Shown piece by piece: positions 27,862 to 37,901 of a stretch of DNA of 64,000 nt (the first letter of the stretch is position 1; each line of letters opens with the position of its first letter). Both the position numbers and the translations under genes were made by a program. The notes below the pieces were generated by a model. The model was not told the DNA's origin. It saw nothing but the letters and a program-made list of their open reading frames with translations, and made no database searches. Source of the DNA: Oscillospiraceae bacterium (GTDB lineage: Bacteria > Bacillota > Clostridia > Oscillospirales > QAMX01); the NCBI GenBank assembly GCA_015067675.1, contig SVMB01000002.1:1315-65314 (forward strand), written 5' to 3'.

Positions 27862-28869
27862 TTACTGCAGCTGCGCAGAAAGAACGCCGCAGAAACGTTC
27901 CAGCATTGCTGCAGCTTCGGCTCTGGTCGCCGTACCCTGCGGCGCGAGGGTTCCGTCGGGATACCCGCCGCAGACGTTTTTCATCGTACACCAGCAAAGT
28001 GCCTCATAGGCCCAGTCGGAAATGTCTGCAATATCGGGATAGTCCAGCCGGAACATCCACAGGCCCTTGAATCCCAGATCGAGGGTCTGGGCATAGCGGT
28101 AGAGCATAACCGCCAGTTCTTCACGGGTCACGGAATTTGCCGGACGGAAGGTGTTGTCGGGATAACCGGTGATGATACCGGCGCTGACAGCCCAGTTCAC
28201 CGCGTCATGGCAGGCGTCAGCCTCATCAATATCATCAAAGTGCTCGATGACAGAGCGAGTGGTACGCGGTTCGTCCGTTACGGTAATACGATCCAGCGCA
28301 TAGAGCGCTTCCACCAGCATTTCGCGGGTGAGGAGCACATCCTGGCCAAACAAAGCATTTTCCATCGGACGCATCATACCAAGCTCCAGCACCGTATCCG
28401 CCGCCTCATGAAACCATGCCTCAACCGGAACGCCAAACAATCCGATGGACGGGCAGTCAGCGCCGCGGCTGCAGCCGGGAACGGGGATAAAGCGTGCTGT
28501 CAGCTTATGGGAATCATCAATCTTTTCAAAGGTATAGCTCGCCGGACGGCCCACACTCTTTCCGTCAACAATGACTTCGGCCAGGCAATGGCCTTGGGAG
28601 GGCGTAAAGGTCAGCGTTACATCTTCGCCCAGTTCCGAGGTCACATTTCCCTCCGGTGAGATCTTACCGTCACCGATAACGGTGGTTTCAACGAGGGCAA
28701 GCACGACGCAGACGCCGTTTCCGTTTGCATCCGCACCGTCGGCGGCAAATGCCTCCGCCGTCGGATAGCCGCACACGCCGGATGTATCCGTCATCGCAGC
28801 TTCGGGGACAATGGCAAGACTCAAGGCAAGCGCTGCGAGCATGGCGATGGTGGATTTGAGAATGCGCAT
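27862..28869 (-). CDS. secreted SLH-domain cell-wall protein with Ig-like/B-repeat N-terminal domain
   Basis: Signal peptide. C-terminal SLH-type repeats (ITGYPDNTFRPANSVTREELAVMLYR; GGYPDGTLAPQGTATRAEAAAMLERF). Confidence 0.75.
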   Translation of the reverse strand: MRILKSTIAMLAALALSLAIVPEAAMTDTSGVCGYPTAEAFAADGADANGNGVCVVLALVETTVIGDGKISPEGNVTSELGEDVTLTFTPSQGHCLAEVIVDGKSVGRPASYTFEKIDDSHKLTARFIPVPGCSRGADCPSIGLFGVPVEAWFHEAADTVLELGMMRPMENALFGQDVLLTREMLVEALYALDRITVTDEPRTTRSVIEHFDDIDEADACHDAVNWAVSAGIITGYPDNTFRPANSVTREELAVMLYRYAQTLDLGFKGLWMFRLDYPDIADISDWAYEALCWCTMKNVCGGYPDGTLAPQGTATRAEAAAMLERFCGVLSAQLQ

Positions 28870-29041
28870 GATTTACACCTTCCTCTCTCGTGTTCTGTCT
28901 ATTTGACGGGCACAATTTCCGGAATGTTCCCGACAAACAGGGAATTTACAAAAATTCCAAAAACCTGTCGGGCGTACTGGACAGAACTAACCGCACTCGT
29001 TATAATGTATTTATCAACACCAACATGCGGAGGAATTTGTT

Positions 29042-30190
29042 ATGGAACCTGACCGCGCCCTTTGGAATGCCTCAACAAAAAAACTGCGCGACTTTTATGA
29101 TCTGACGCCGAACGCCCCGATTTATGAGAAGGAATTTGGCTTTTACGTACTGGACAAGTGGATTTCTCGAGGATATCTCAAGCCCCGGGATCAGGTGGAG
29201 GATTATCAGGCCTATCTCCGGGAGGTCTTTGAGCTGGATGAGCCTGCGGTCGAGCCGCTCAAAGGTCTGGGCGGCTGCTGGGCAGGACTCTGCCCGGAGT
29301 TTGAGGTCAAAGTTCTGGAGGATCGCGGCAAGTATGAGCTGGTGCAGGACGTCTGCGGACGCGGTGTGCTGTACTTCAAGGGCCGCCGCGACGGCTTCAT
29401 GCCCACCTATGAGCGTCATCCGGTGCATGATCTGGAGAGCTTTGAGAAGAACATCAAATGGCGCATGGATCCGACCACGCCGGAACGTGATATCCTTATC
29501 AAGCCCCAGTTGGAACGTGCCGTGGAAGGCCAGAAACGCGGCCACATCGTGACCCAGTGGAGCGTGGGCGGCTATATGTACCTGCGCAGTCTCATGGGCG
29601 CGGAAGAGCTGCTCTATATGTTCTACGACGACCCCGATCTCATTCACGCCTGCATGAAGCAGTGGTTTGAGCTGGCCGATGCCAGAACCGCCTATCATCA
29701 GAAGTTTGTCGTCATCGACGAGCTGGCTCTCGACGAGGATATCTGCTACAATTCAGGCCCCCTCATCTCCCCGGATATGATCCGCGAATTTCTGCTGCCC
29801 TATTATCAGCAGCTCTATGAAAACGTCCGCCGCCGCAACCGCGACAACCGCCGCGTGCGCTTCCAGCTTGCCACCGACGGCAAGATTCAGACCATCATGG
29901 ATCTCTACGGATCCATCGGCGTGGACTATTTCTCCCCCTTCGAGGTCGCTTCCGGCTGCGACGTGGTGAAGCTGGGTCAGCAGTACCCCGACGTGCTCAT
30001 CGGCGGCGGCATCGACAAGCGCATGATTGCCCTGGGCGGCGATGATATCAAGCGGCATCTGGACTACATCATGCCCGCCATGCGCAGGCGCGGCGGTTAT
30101 CTTCCCACCTGCGACCACGGCGTTCCGGAAGAGGTCAGCTTTGAAAATTATCTGCTCTACCGCAAACTGATGAAAGAATACTGCCGATAA
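29042..30190 (+). CDS. uroporphyrinogen decarboxylase (URO-D) family protein
   Basis: C-terminal half resembles URO-D/MtaA-type barrels (...DYFSPFE...GGGIDKR...YLPTCDHGVP). GGAGGAA SD. Confidence 0.7.
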   Translation: MEPDRALWNASTKKLRDFYDLTPNAPIYEKEFGFYVLDKWISRGYLKPRDQVEDYQAYLREVFELDEPAVEPLKGLGGCWAGLCPEFEVKVLEDRGKYELVQDVCGRGVLYFKGRRDGFMPTYERHPVHDLESFEKNIKWRMDPTTPERDILIKPQLERAVEGQKRGHIVTQWSVGGYMYLRSLMGAEELLYMFYDDPDLIHACMKQWFELADARTAYHQKFVVIDELALDEDICYNSGPLISPDMIREFLLPYYQQLYENVRRRNRDNRRVRFQLATDGKIQTIMDLYGSIGVDYFSPFEVASGCDVVKLGQQYPDVLIGGGIDKRMIALGGDDIKRHLDYIMPAMRRRGGYLPTCDHGVPEEVSFENYLLYRKLMKEYCR

Positions 30191-30214
30191 AGAACCGTTC
30201 TTTGCATTGTTCTG

Positions 30215-30243
30215 TTGACTTCCCGCTATTCTTCATGTATACT
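30215..30243 (+). promoter_or_regulatory. promoter of the large glycoside hydrolase gene
   Basis: TTGACT-17 nt-TATACT. Confidence 0.5.
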
Positions 30244-30301
30244 ATACGTAGTTTTAACCGACAAATAACCATTTTGAAAGAAACGCAAAGGAGAAGTCTC
30301 C

Positions 30302-32845
30302 ATGAAGATCAGACAAAACAACGTCGACTACGGTTACTCGCCGGTATTCGACCGTGCGGCATTCACGAATCCCCCCAAGACTGCCTGGCCTGCCTACAGC
30401 TGGGTGTGGAATGTCAACGTCACCAAAGAGGGCATCATCCAAAAGCTCAATTCCTGCTGGGAAAACAACATCCGTACCGTCTATGTTCTGCCCGAGCCCA
30501 TCGAATTCAGACCCAACAACGGCGGAACCCTGCTTGAAAATTACCTGCGTGAGCCCTATTTTGAGCTCTACCGCTTCGCTGCGGAGTACGCTCAGAGCCT
30601 TGGCATGCAGCTCTGGCTCTACGACGAGGGCGGCTGGCCTTCCGGCAGCGCCAATGGCGACGTGGTGCTGGGAGATCCCACCCTTGTGCAGAAGCGCATC
30701 AACGAACAGCCCAAAAAGCTCGCCGCAGGTGAAACATACACGCTCCCAGAGGGCGCCATCGCGGCTTTCACCGCCGATTTCAAGCGCATCACCGGTTCTT
30801 ACACGCCCGCCGCCGATGAGACGATCCTTGAATATGCACCCGTCATTTGCATCCACGACAATATGCCCTTCCCGGACCTGTCCCATCCCAAAACCGCGCA
30901 GGATTTCCTGAAGCACACCCATGAACGCTATCGTGCCTGCATGGGCGACCTCTTCGGCCCGGATTTCAAGGTCGTGTTCACCGATGAGCCTTCCATCGCC
31001 CGCGCCCGCTGGACCGTGGGCATTGTGGAGCAGTTCCGTGAGCGCTGGGGCTATGACTTCCTTGACTATCTGCCCGCCATCGTCAGTCAGGCTGACATGG
31101 GTGAGGCCGGTCGTCAGGCCCGCATCGACTTCTTTGAGCTTGGCAGCGAAGAGTTTGCCAATAACTACTTCCGTGCCATTCAGGACTGGTGCGCCAGGTA
31201 CGATATGCTTTCCGGCGGTCACATCGGCGGTGAGGACGAGACGCTGGGCTGCATCAAGCACGGCTATATGCACGGACTCCGCGTGCTGCGCTGTCTGGAC
31301 ATTCCCGGCATCGACACCATCTGGCGTCAGATCTTCCCCGGCAAGCCCGTGCGCAACGAGAAATTCAACCGCACCGAGAACGCCAACCTCTTCTTCCCCC
31401 GCTACGCCTCCTCCGCCGCCAATCAGGCGTCCAGCCATCCGGTTTTGTCGGAATCCTACGCCATCTACGGCGCGGGTCTGACCTTCGACCAGATGCGCTA
31501 CGTCATGAACTTCCAGGCCATCCGCGGTATCACGATCTTCAACTGCATGAACGTGACCCATGACAAGAGCAATCATTTCATGGCCGGCGGCCGTCCCTCC
31601 TACTCCACCACCCATCCCGGCTCCCATGACCGTGCATACTTCCACGAATATGCCGCCAGACTTTCCTACCTGTGCTCTCTGGGTACGCCCGCACAGGATA
31701 CCGCCCTTTATATGCCCATGCGTGACTTCTGGGCCGCCAACAACGCCGAAGCCATCGCCGCAGAGTTTGAGCGTATCGGCCTGACCATGGAAAAGGCGCA
31801 GGGCAGCTTTGATATCTTCGACGATGACGTCATGGAAAGCTGCGATGAAACCGCCCTCGATCAGGGCATCATCCGCATCGGCTTTATGAATTACCGGGAG
31901 CTGTGGTTCCCGCCCTGCGAGCGCGTACCGGAGCCGACAAAGGCTGTCCTCGAGCGCTTCATCGCCGGCGGCGGCAAGGTCTATGTGGTTCGCGGTGCCT
32001 TTGATCCTGCAATCAAGGGTGCGGAGTACATCGACGACATCGCCTCCCATGTGCGTCCTCCGGTGAAGTGCGATCCCGCCTGCGAGGGCATCCGCGTGAT
32101 GAAGCATACGCTTTCAAACGGCGTGATGTACTACATCTGCAACGAATCCCTCACCACGGAAAAAACCTCCCTGCATTTTGACGAGACCTCCCCTGCTTAC
32201 GAGCTCGACGAGCAGACCGGCTGTGTTTTCACCGCCGGTACCGTCTGCGGCGGCAAGACCATCATTGACGCAGAGCTTCTCTCCGGCGAAGGCCGCGTCT
32301 ATCTGTTCACCGATGATGCCATTCAGACCGACGAGCGTGAGCCCATCCGTCAGACGCTCTTTGCCGAGCTTGACAGCTTTGATTTCCGCCGTGTGCGCAG
32401 CTTTGTCATCGGCGAACAGCACTACGAAAGCCACGTCATCGACGAAGAAGCCCGCAGGGTTTCTCCCGGTGACTGGCAGACCTTTGCAGGCTGCGACTTC
32501 TCCGGCGACGCCATCTATGCTGCAGCCTTTGCAAAACCCGATGCCGCCCGCATGCGCATCGACCTCGGCGAGGTCAGGTACACCTGTGAGCTGTTCATCA
32601 ACGGCGAAAGCCAGGGCGTGCGTTACATGGCGCCCTATGTCTACGATATCGATACGGCAAAGCTGGAGGCGGAAAACCGCTTTGAGCTGCGTGTGTCCAA
32701 TACCCCGGCCAATCAGTTTGTCCATACCAGAAACTTTGACCGGTATAGTCCTGCGCAGATCGGTCCCTACCACGCCACAGGTCTGCGCTTTGAGTCCGAG
32801 TCGCTGGAAAGCGGCCTGATGAACAGCGTAAAGCTCTACATCTGA
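30302..32845 (+). CDS. glycoside hydrolase, GH106 (alpha-L-rhamnosidase)-like with C-terminal sugar-binding domain
   Basis: N-terminal pattern AWPAYSWVWNVNVTKEGIIQKL...IRTVYVLP...LWLYDEGGWPSG resembles the GH106-type family. No signal peptide. Confidence 0.5.
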   Translation: MKIRQNNVDYGYSPVFDRAAFTNPPKTAWPAYSWVWNVNVTKEGIIQKLNSCWENNIRTVYVLPEPIEFRPNNGGTLLENYLREPYFELYRFAAEYAQSLGMQLWLYDEGGWPSGSANGDVVLGDPTLVQKRINEQPKKLAAGETYTLPEGAIAAFTADFKRITGSYTPAADETILEYAPVICIHDNMPFPDLSHPKTAQDFLKHTHERYRACMGDLFGPDFKVVFTDEPSIARARWTVGIVEQFRERWGYDFLDYLPAIVSQADMGEAGRQARIDFFELGSEEFANNYFRAIQDWCARYDMLSGGHIGGEDETLGCIKHGYMHGLRVLRCLDIPGIDTIWRQIFPGKPVRNEKFNRTENANLFFPRYASSAANQASSHPVLSESYAIYGAGLTFDQMRYVMNFQAIRGITIFNCMNVTHDKSNHFMAGGRPSYSTTHPGSHDRAYFHEYAARLSYLCSLGTPAQDTALYMPMRDFWAANNAEAIAAEFERIGLTMEKAQGSFDIFDDDVMESCDETALDQGIIRIGFMNYRELWFPPCERVPEPTKAVLERFIAGGGKVYVVRGAFDPAIKGAEYIDDIASHVRPPVKCDPACEGIRVMKHTLSNGVMYYICNESLTTEKTSLHFDETSPAYELDEQTGCVFTAGTVCGGKTIIDAELLSGEGRVYLFTDDAIQTDEREPIRQTLFAELDSFDFRRVRSFVIGEQHYESHVIDEEARRVSPGDWQTFAGCDFSGDAIYAAAFAKPDAARMRIDLGEVRYTCELFINGESQGVRYMAPYVYDIDTAKLEAENRFELRVSNTPANQFVHTRNFDRYSPAQIGPYHATGLRFESESLESGLMNSVKLYI

Positions 32846-32861
32846 TTTTCGTTCACATTTT

Positions 32862-32900
32862 GCGAGCGCTCTGCCCGATTCCGGCAGAGCGCTCGTTTTT
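32862..32900 (+). terminator. intrinsic terminator
   Basis: gcgagcgctctgcc-cgattcc-ggcagagcgctcg followed by ttttt. Confidence 0.8.
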
Positions 32901-32920
32901 CAGATTCCGGCTCCAACAGA

Positions 32921-32948
32921 AAAAGCGGTCGGAAATCCGACCGCTTTT
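32921..32948 (-). terminator. intrinsic terminator of the MarR gene
   Basis: aaaagcggtcgga-aa-tccgaccgctttt. Confidence 0.7.
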
Positions 32949-32951
32949 ACA

Positions 32952-33416
32952 TTATTTTTCCTCATTATCCACGCGATAATCGTCTTCAACCACCGTCAGC
33001 AGCTTGTAAAGCAGCCGATAGAGCGTTTTGGACTCTTCCGCATCCAGCGCCACACACTTCATCATGTTTCCCGGAATGGAAACAGCCTTCTCCCGGAGCG
33101 CCTCGCCTTCCTCGGTGATGGTCACGATCAGACTGCGCTCGTCTTTGGCGGATCTTGCGCGGGTCAGAAAGCCCTTGGCTTCCAGCTTCTTCAGCAGAGG
33201 CGTCAGTGTCCCCGAATCCAGATAGAGATACTGACCGATTTCCTTGACCGTCAGGGATTTATGCTCCCAGAGTATCATCATCGCAATATACTGGGTATAA
33301 GTCAGATCGACCTCATCCAGATAAGGCTTATACAGCTTGATCACTTCACGTGAACAGGCGTAAAGCGGAAAACACAGTTGATTTTCAATTTTCAATGCAT
33401 CGTATTTGGTCTCCAT
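32952..33416 (-). CDS. MarR family regulator (OhrR-like, N-terminal reactive Cys)
   Basis: ENQLCFPLYA...LTYTQYIAMMILWE...DSGTLTPLLKKLEAKGFLTR. Confidence 0.85.
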   Translation of the reverse strand: METKYDALKIENQLCFPLYACSREVIKLYKPYLDEVDLTYTQYIAMMILWEHKSLTVKEIGQYLYLDSGTLTPLLKKLEAKGFLTRARSAKDERSLIVTITEEGEALREKAVSIPGNMMKCVALDAEESKTLYRLLYKLLTVVEDDYRVDNEEK

Positions 33417-33608
33417 ATCAATTCTCCCTGTTCTGTTGCCGCATTATTTGTTTCTCATACTTTATATGTAAATTGATGCAGTAATTGGCAATCCTTTTCC
33501 ATTATAACCCATTTCATCGTTTTTTGCAATAGATATCAATTCAATATTTCCCGCCGATCCATGTGTTTTTGGGCATTCCCCTATGCGGCCTGCCGGCCGC
33601 TTCTGTTT

Positions 33609-34493
33609 TTAACCATTTTGCCCGGTATTGGCAGGCTTTTTCTTTTGTCTGAACTCAAAATACTCGCCCGGTGATTGCCCGAACAGTTTCTTGAACCGTT
33701 TGGAAAAGTATGATACATCGCTGTATCCCAGATAAAACGCCGTCTGGCTGATGTTCAAATTGGTATTGCGCAGCAGTTCACAGGCATAATAGAGCTTTAC
33801 GCTGTTGATATACTCCGTGGCGGTCATATGAAAATACTGCCTGAAAAGCCTTGCGGCATATGCGGCGGTAACGCCGCATTCCGTGCAGATATCCGACAGT
33901 TTCAGCGGTTCGGTCAGGTTCTTGCGGATATAGACAAGTATCTTCTCAAGTGCCGGTGGAAACCTGACCGAGCGGCTCTCCGCCAGCGATCCAATGAGCA
34001 GAAGGATTTTATAAAAAATCGCGTCCACAAGCAGTCTGCCGGTATAGGTACCCTGGGTGTTATATTCCACGCAGGCGATCACATCCGCGTGAATCCGTCT
34101 GAACAGATCCCGATCCCGGATTATCAGTTCAAAATACACCTTGTCCCGCGCTCTGACCGGGAGATGAAACGAGAACGAATCATCGTATCCGTTTGGAAAC
34201 ACCGCATCGGACTCCGGCGCGATTGTACCGCTGAAATGGAAGAAATAGTACTCGCAGAAGTCCCGCGCAGCAGCAAAATACTGTGTTCCGGTGGGAATGA
34301 TCAGGATATCGCCCGTGCTGACCGTATGAAACTGCCCTTCCAGGCAGAACTCCGCCTCTCCGCCGATCATCATGACGAAAATATTAGCCGGTGCTTTTCT
34401 GACTCCCCTTCGATTCCAGCCGTTTTTCTGCCGCATCCTGCCAAACATCGAGCATTCGGGCATCTGCGAAATATCAAGCGAATACATATCCAT
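33609..34493 (-). CDS. AraC family transcriptional regulator (cupin plus HTH)
   Basis: C-terminal AraC HTH (...FYLGYSDVSYFSKRFKKLFGQSPGEY). Start may be the ATG at 34487, which has better SD spacing. Confidence 0.85.
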   Translation of the reverse strand: MDMYSLDISQMPECSMFGRMRQKNGWNRRGVRKAPANIFVMMIGGEAEFCLEGQFHTVSTGDILIIPTGTQYFAAARDFCEYYFFHFSGTIAPESDAVFPNGYDDSFSFHLPVRARDKVYFELIIRDRDLFRRIHADVIACVEYNTQGTYTGRLLVDAIFYKILLLIGSLAESRSVRFPPALEKILVYIRKNLTEPLKLSDICTECGVTAAYAARLFRQYFHMTATEYINSVKLYYACELLRNTNLNISQTAFYLGYSDVSYFSKRFKKLFGQSPGEYFEFRQKKKPANTGQNG

Positions 34494-34628
34494 CCCCTCC
34501 GACTGTCATTATATCACGCAGATACCGGGTGTCAATTACCAAATAATCAATATAGTACAAAAATCAGCAGTCGTAAGCCATAGACGCAGGGCACAGATAT
34601 GATATAATACACACAGGAGGCGATTACA

Positions 34629-36566
34629 ATGACTCAGAATATCCATTTTGATTTCACCGGTACACCCATCCTGTCAATCGACGGGTTTGATCTGCATCTA
34701 CGTGAAAACAGCGATTTCTGGCGGCTTCATCTCGACTACTGCCAAAGCGGGATGAACAACGAGCTGGGCGTGTATTCCCATCAGCAGCCCGCTCCGACGG
34801 TGCTGCGCCGGGAAAATGTCCTCACAATCCTGTACAACTCTCTCGTGGCTGAGGACGGCAGTGTCCACGACATCTCCCTTGAGCTGCAGATCACAGCCTG
34901 CGGCGGTGCGCTGCATTTTGCCGCTTCCATGACCAACCATTCCTCCGCACGCATCAACGAGCTGCAGTATCCGCTCTTTGAATTCACGCGCATCAACGCA
35001 GACTTTTCCGACGATCAGCTCGTTGTACCTCAGGGACTGGGACGTATCCTCCCCAATCCCCATGAATTGACCCGCAAATCCCATTCCGAATACATGGCGG
35101 CGGATCACAAGAATATCTGGAGCACCTGGCAGTATCCCAAGCCGCTTTCCATGCCCTGGATTGGCCTGCAAAGCGGCGATAAGCTCCTGTATCTGGGCTG
35201 GCACAGTGACAAGTGGCGGCAGTTCTCCGCGCTGACAGGCTGCGAGCCCCGCGGCAGTCAGGAAGAGTATCTCATCTGCACCCTCTCTTCTTACCCCGCT
35301 GTATACCCCGGCGAAACCGTCCGGTACGACGGTTTTGTGCTGGCAGGTTTCGACGGTGACTGGCATCAGGCCTGCAACTTCTACCGCGCCTGGGCAGACA
35401 GCTCCTGGAACCAGCCTGTCAACCGTCAGGAAGGTTTCAAATCCATTAACGGCTGGCAGCGCATCATCCTCAAGCACCAGTACGGAGAGATTTTCCACAC
35501 CTATGACGAGCTCCCCGCTATGTACCGCGCAGGTGCGGCCTGCGGCCTGAACATGATCCTGCTGTTTGGCTGGTGGCAGGAAGGCATGGACAACGGTTAT
35601 CCCAACTATCAGCCCGACCCGGCACTGGGCGGCGCCGAAAAGCTCAAACGCGCCATAGAAGAAATCAATGCCCTGGGCGGCATCGTCATTCTCTACGCCA
35701 ACGGTCATCTCATCGATGTCTCCACCGATTACTACAAGACCGAGGGTATCCATCATACCATGAAGGATATCGAGCTCAACGTATACCAGGAGTTCTATCG
35801 GTTTTCAAACAACGCAAGCATCCTGCGCAGCGGACACAAGACCTTTGCCACCGGCTGCTACGGTGCAAAGGCCTGGCGCGACAAGCTCGTTGAGATCGAG
35901 CAGCGTCATCTTGCGCTGGGGTCAAACGGCACGTTCTTTGACCAGATTGGCAGCAATTTCCGTTTCTGCTTTGACCGTACCCATGACCACGCAAACCGGA
36001 TCGACGAAGATCCGCAGCTGCGTCTGGATGCCGTCAAACACATGCGTTCCCTGTTGGGCGAAAACGAATATTTCGGAACCGAGCATACCATTGACAGACT
36101 TGCCATGCAGATGGATTTCATCCACGGCTGCGGCTTTGCCCAGAGTTTCTCCGAGGACGCCTTCCCCGCCCTTTTCCGCTACACCTACCCCGACATCCTC
36201 ATTTCCAACCGTTTTGTTCACGATGACAAGCCCGGCTGGAAACGTGCCCTCAATTATACCTTTATCAATGGCCTGATCTTCGATGTGGGTATCTACCGCT
36301 GCCGCGAATACATCGCAGCCATCCCCGCCTACGGCGACTATATCCGCCATCTGACGGGGCTTCGCAGTCAGTATCGGGACTTCTTCACCGACGGACAGTA
36401 CGATCTTCCCCGCATGGAGCTCCCCCCGCAGATCAAAGCCGTCCAGTATACGCTCGGCGGCCGTGTACTGCTGACCGTGTGGAACGATTCAGACGAATCC
36501 ACCGATTTTTGCGGCAGAGTGCTGCCGCCGCAGGGCGTCGATGCCTTCATCCTGCCCAATCCGTAA
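34629..36566 (+). CDS. hypothetical protein, possibly a glycoside-hydrolase-like TIM barrel
   Basis: 645-aa cytoplasmic protein divergent from an AraC gene. Central LLFGWWQEGMDNGYPNY-type segment. Function not recognised with confidence. Confidence 0.45.
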   Translation: MTQNIHFDFTGTPILSIDGFDLHLRENSDFWRLHLDYCQSGMNNELGVYSHQQPAPTVLRRENVLTILYNSLVAEDGSVHDISLELQITACGGALHFAASMTNHSSARINELQYPLFEFTRINADFSDDQLVVPQGLGRILPNPHELTRKSHSEYMAADHKNIWSTWQYPKPLSMPWIGLQSGDKLLYLGWHSDKWRQFSALTGCEPRGSQEEYLICTLSSYPAVYPGETVRYDGFVLAGFDGDWHQACNFYRAWADSSWNQPVNRQEGFKSINGWQRIILKHQYGEIFHTYDELPAMYRAGAACGLNMILLFGWWQEGMDNGYPNYQPDPALGGAEKLKRAIEEINALGGIVILYANGHLIDVSTDYYKTEGIHHTMKDIELNVYQEFYRFSNNASILRSGHKTFATGCYGAKAWRDKLVEIEQRHLALGSNGTFFDQIGSNFRFCFDRTHDHANRIDEDPQLRLDAVKHMRSLLGENEYFGTEHTIDRLAMQMDFIHGCGFAQSFSEDAFPALFRYTYPDILISNRFVHDDKPGWKRALNYTFINGLIFDVGIYRCREYIAAIPAYGDYIRHLTGLRSQYRDFFTDGQYDLPRMELPPQIKAVQYTLGGRVLLTVWNDSDESTDFCGRVLPPQGVDAFILPNP

Positions 36567-36573
36567 ACAGCAA

Positions 36574-36614
36574 GCCACCGGAATGCACTTTCCTACATTC
36601 CGGTGGCTGATTTT
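36574..36614 (+). terminator. intrinsic terminator
   Basis: gccaccggaatg-N10-cattccggtggc followed by tgatttt. Confidence 0.75.
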
Positions 36615-36648
36615 CGTTCTTTCAGTGAGACAGCGGCGAGATTCCCGC

Positions 36649-37302
36649 CTAGCGCAGCGCTTCCAGCGCCTTTTCATCGGCAATCTCCACCGTGCCGCGC
36701 GTCAGCCGCACCATGCCCTCGTTCTGGAAGTAGCGCAGCATACGCGTCACCACCTCCCGGGCGGTACCCAGATGGTTGGCGATCTTTTCGTGGGTGATTT
36801 TGAGCACATTCGTGTCCTCAAGCCGGCATTCTTCCAGCAGAAAAGCCGCCAGACGCCGATCAAAGCTCTTCCACATGATCTGCTCCATGAGCCACATGAC
36901 CTCGGAAAACCGGCTGCTGATGAGCAGATTTGCGTAATTGGACACGGCGATGGATTCCCCCATCAGTTCCTTGAACAGGCAGGAGGGGATGATCCACATC
37001 TCGCTGTCCTTTTCTGTCTCGATGATAATCTCAAACTGCACGTCCGGCATCACGCAGGAGGCCGAAAACAGGCAGATATCCCGTTCAAACAGACGGTAGA
37101 GGGTCACTTCACGGCCTTCCTCCGAGAGTACGTAGGCCCGGAGCTGTCCCGATGCGATCAAAAGAAGTCCCAGGCAGTCCATACTGCCGCGATGCAGTAT
37201 CGTACCGCCCTTTACCCGGCGGTATTCGGATGCGTGCCGAAGCCTTTCCTGCTGCGGCATCGTCAGCTTGTCCCAGAACGGCAGATACTCTGCAAGCTCC
37301 AT
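36649..37302 (-). CDS. Crp/Fnr family transcriptional regulator
   Basis: cNMP-binding-like N-terminus plus C-terminal HTH (THEKIANHLGTAREVVTRMLRYFQNEG). Confidence 0.85.
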   Translation of the reverse strand: MELAEYLPFWDKLTMPQQERLRHASEYRRVKGGTILHRGSMDCLGLLLIASGQLRAYVLSEEGREVTLYRLFERDICLFSASCVMPDVQFEIIIETEKDSEMWIIPSCLFKELMGESIAVSNYANLLISSRFSEVMWLMEQIMWKSFDRRLAAFLLEECRLEDTNVLKITHEKIANHLGTAREVVTRMLRYFQNEGMVRLTRGTVEIADEKALEALR

Positions 37303-37329
37303 GATCGTCCCTCCCTTTAGTATCAGTTA

Positions 37330-37358
37330 AGTATAGCGCAATTTTTCCGTTTCGTCAA
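37330..37358 (-). promoter_or_regulatory. promoter of the Crp/Fnr gene
   Basis: Minus strand: TTGACG-17 nt-TATACT. Confidence 0.5.
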
Positions 37359-37407
37359 TTCTTTCTCGGGATTTCATCATTTCTCAGCGATATAAGAGGG
37401 CTGCGGC

Positions 37408-37597
37408 AAAATGCAGTACCGGACTGTGATTCGCAGCAGATGTTAAGCGGCGCAGCCGAGTGAGGAACGCTTTGCGTTCCTCGGGGTGCAGGGGCGTGCC
37501 GCCCCTGCCGAGGGGGACAAAGGGGGGCGAGCAGCCCACCGTCGCTCCTGTAAGGCGCAGTAACAGAATGAAAGATAAAGCGGATAGAAGACGGCAA
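37408..37597. repeat. left arm of long inverted repeat
   Basis: Reverse complement of 37902-38090 with ~9 differences (hand alignment). Confidence 0.9.
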
Positions 37598-37723
37598 TAT
37601 AAAGAAAATCTAATGAAACTGGTGGGTTTTGCAGCTTTTTCTTCATCCTTCCGTCGAGACGCAAGTGAAACGAACGTCGAGCCACGATTGAACACGTATT
37701 CTGCTATACCAAGAGATAGAGAA

Positions 37724-37771
37724 ATGCCGTCTTCTGCAACATGACCGCGTTGCAGAAGACGGCATCTTTTT
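37724..37771. terminator. bidirectional terminator at the centre of the inverted-repeat element
   Basis: atgccgtcttctgcaa-N10-ttgcagaagacggcat. Followed by cttttt on plus and tttctctatctctt on minus. Confidence 0.75.
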
Positions 37772-37901
37772 GTTCCGTTATGTTGAAGCAGACAGCTTCT
37801 ATCATGGCTTGTGACTCGTGAACGCGCAGCGTTCACTTGTCACTCGACGTTGGTACAGCAGAAGATACGATCAGGCGGCGAGGTTTTGAGTTAATCATTT
37901 T

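Noticed and set aside
37384-37836. ORFs inside the repeat element: 150 aa (minus) here, its 88-aa counterpart at 53463-53729, and a 43-codon plus-strand ORF (37613-37744; counterpart in copy 2)
   Set aside because: ORFs survive in both copies simply because the copies are similar. For the 43-codon ORF I count about 2 synonymous versus 9 non-synonymous differences between copies. There is no SD, and the frames run through the terminator hairpin. None is hydrophobic enough for a type I toxin. Treated as non-coding.
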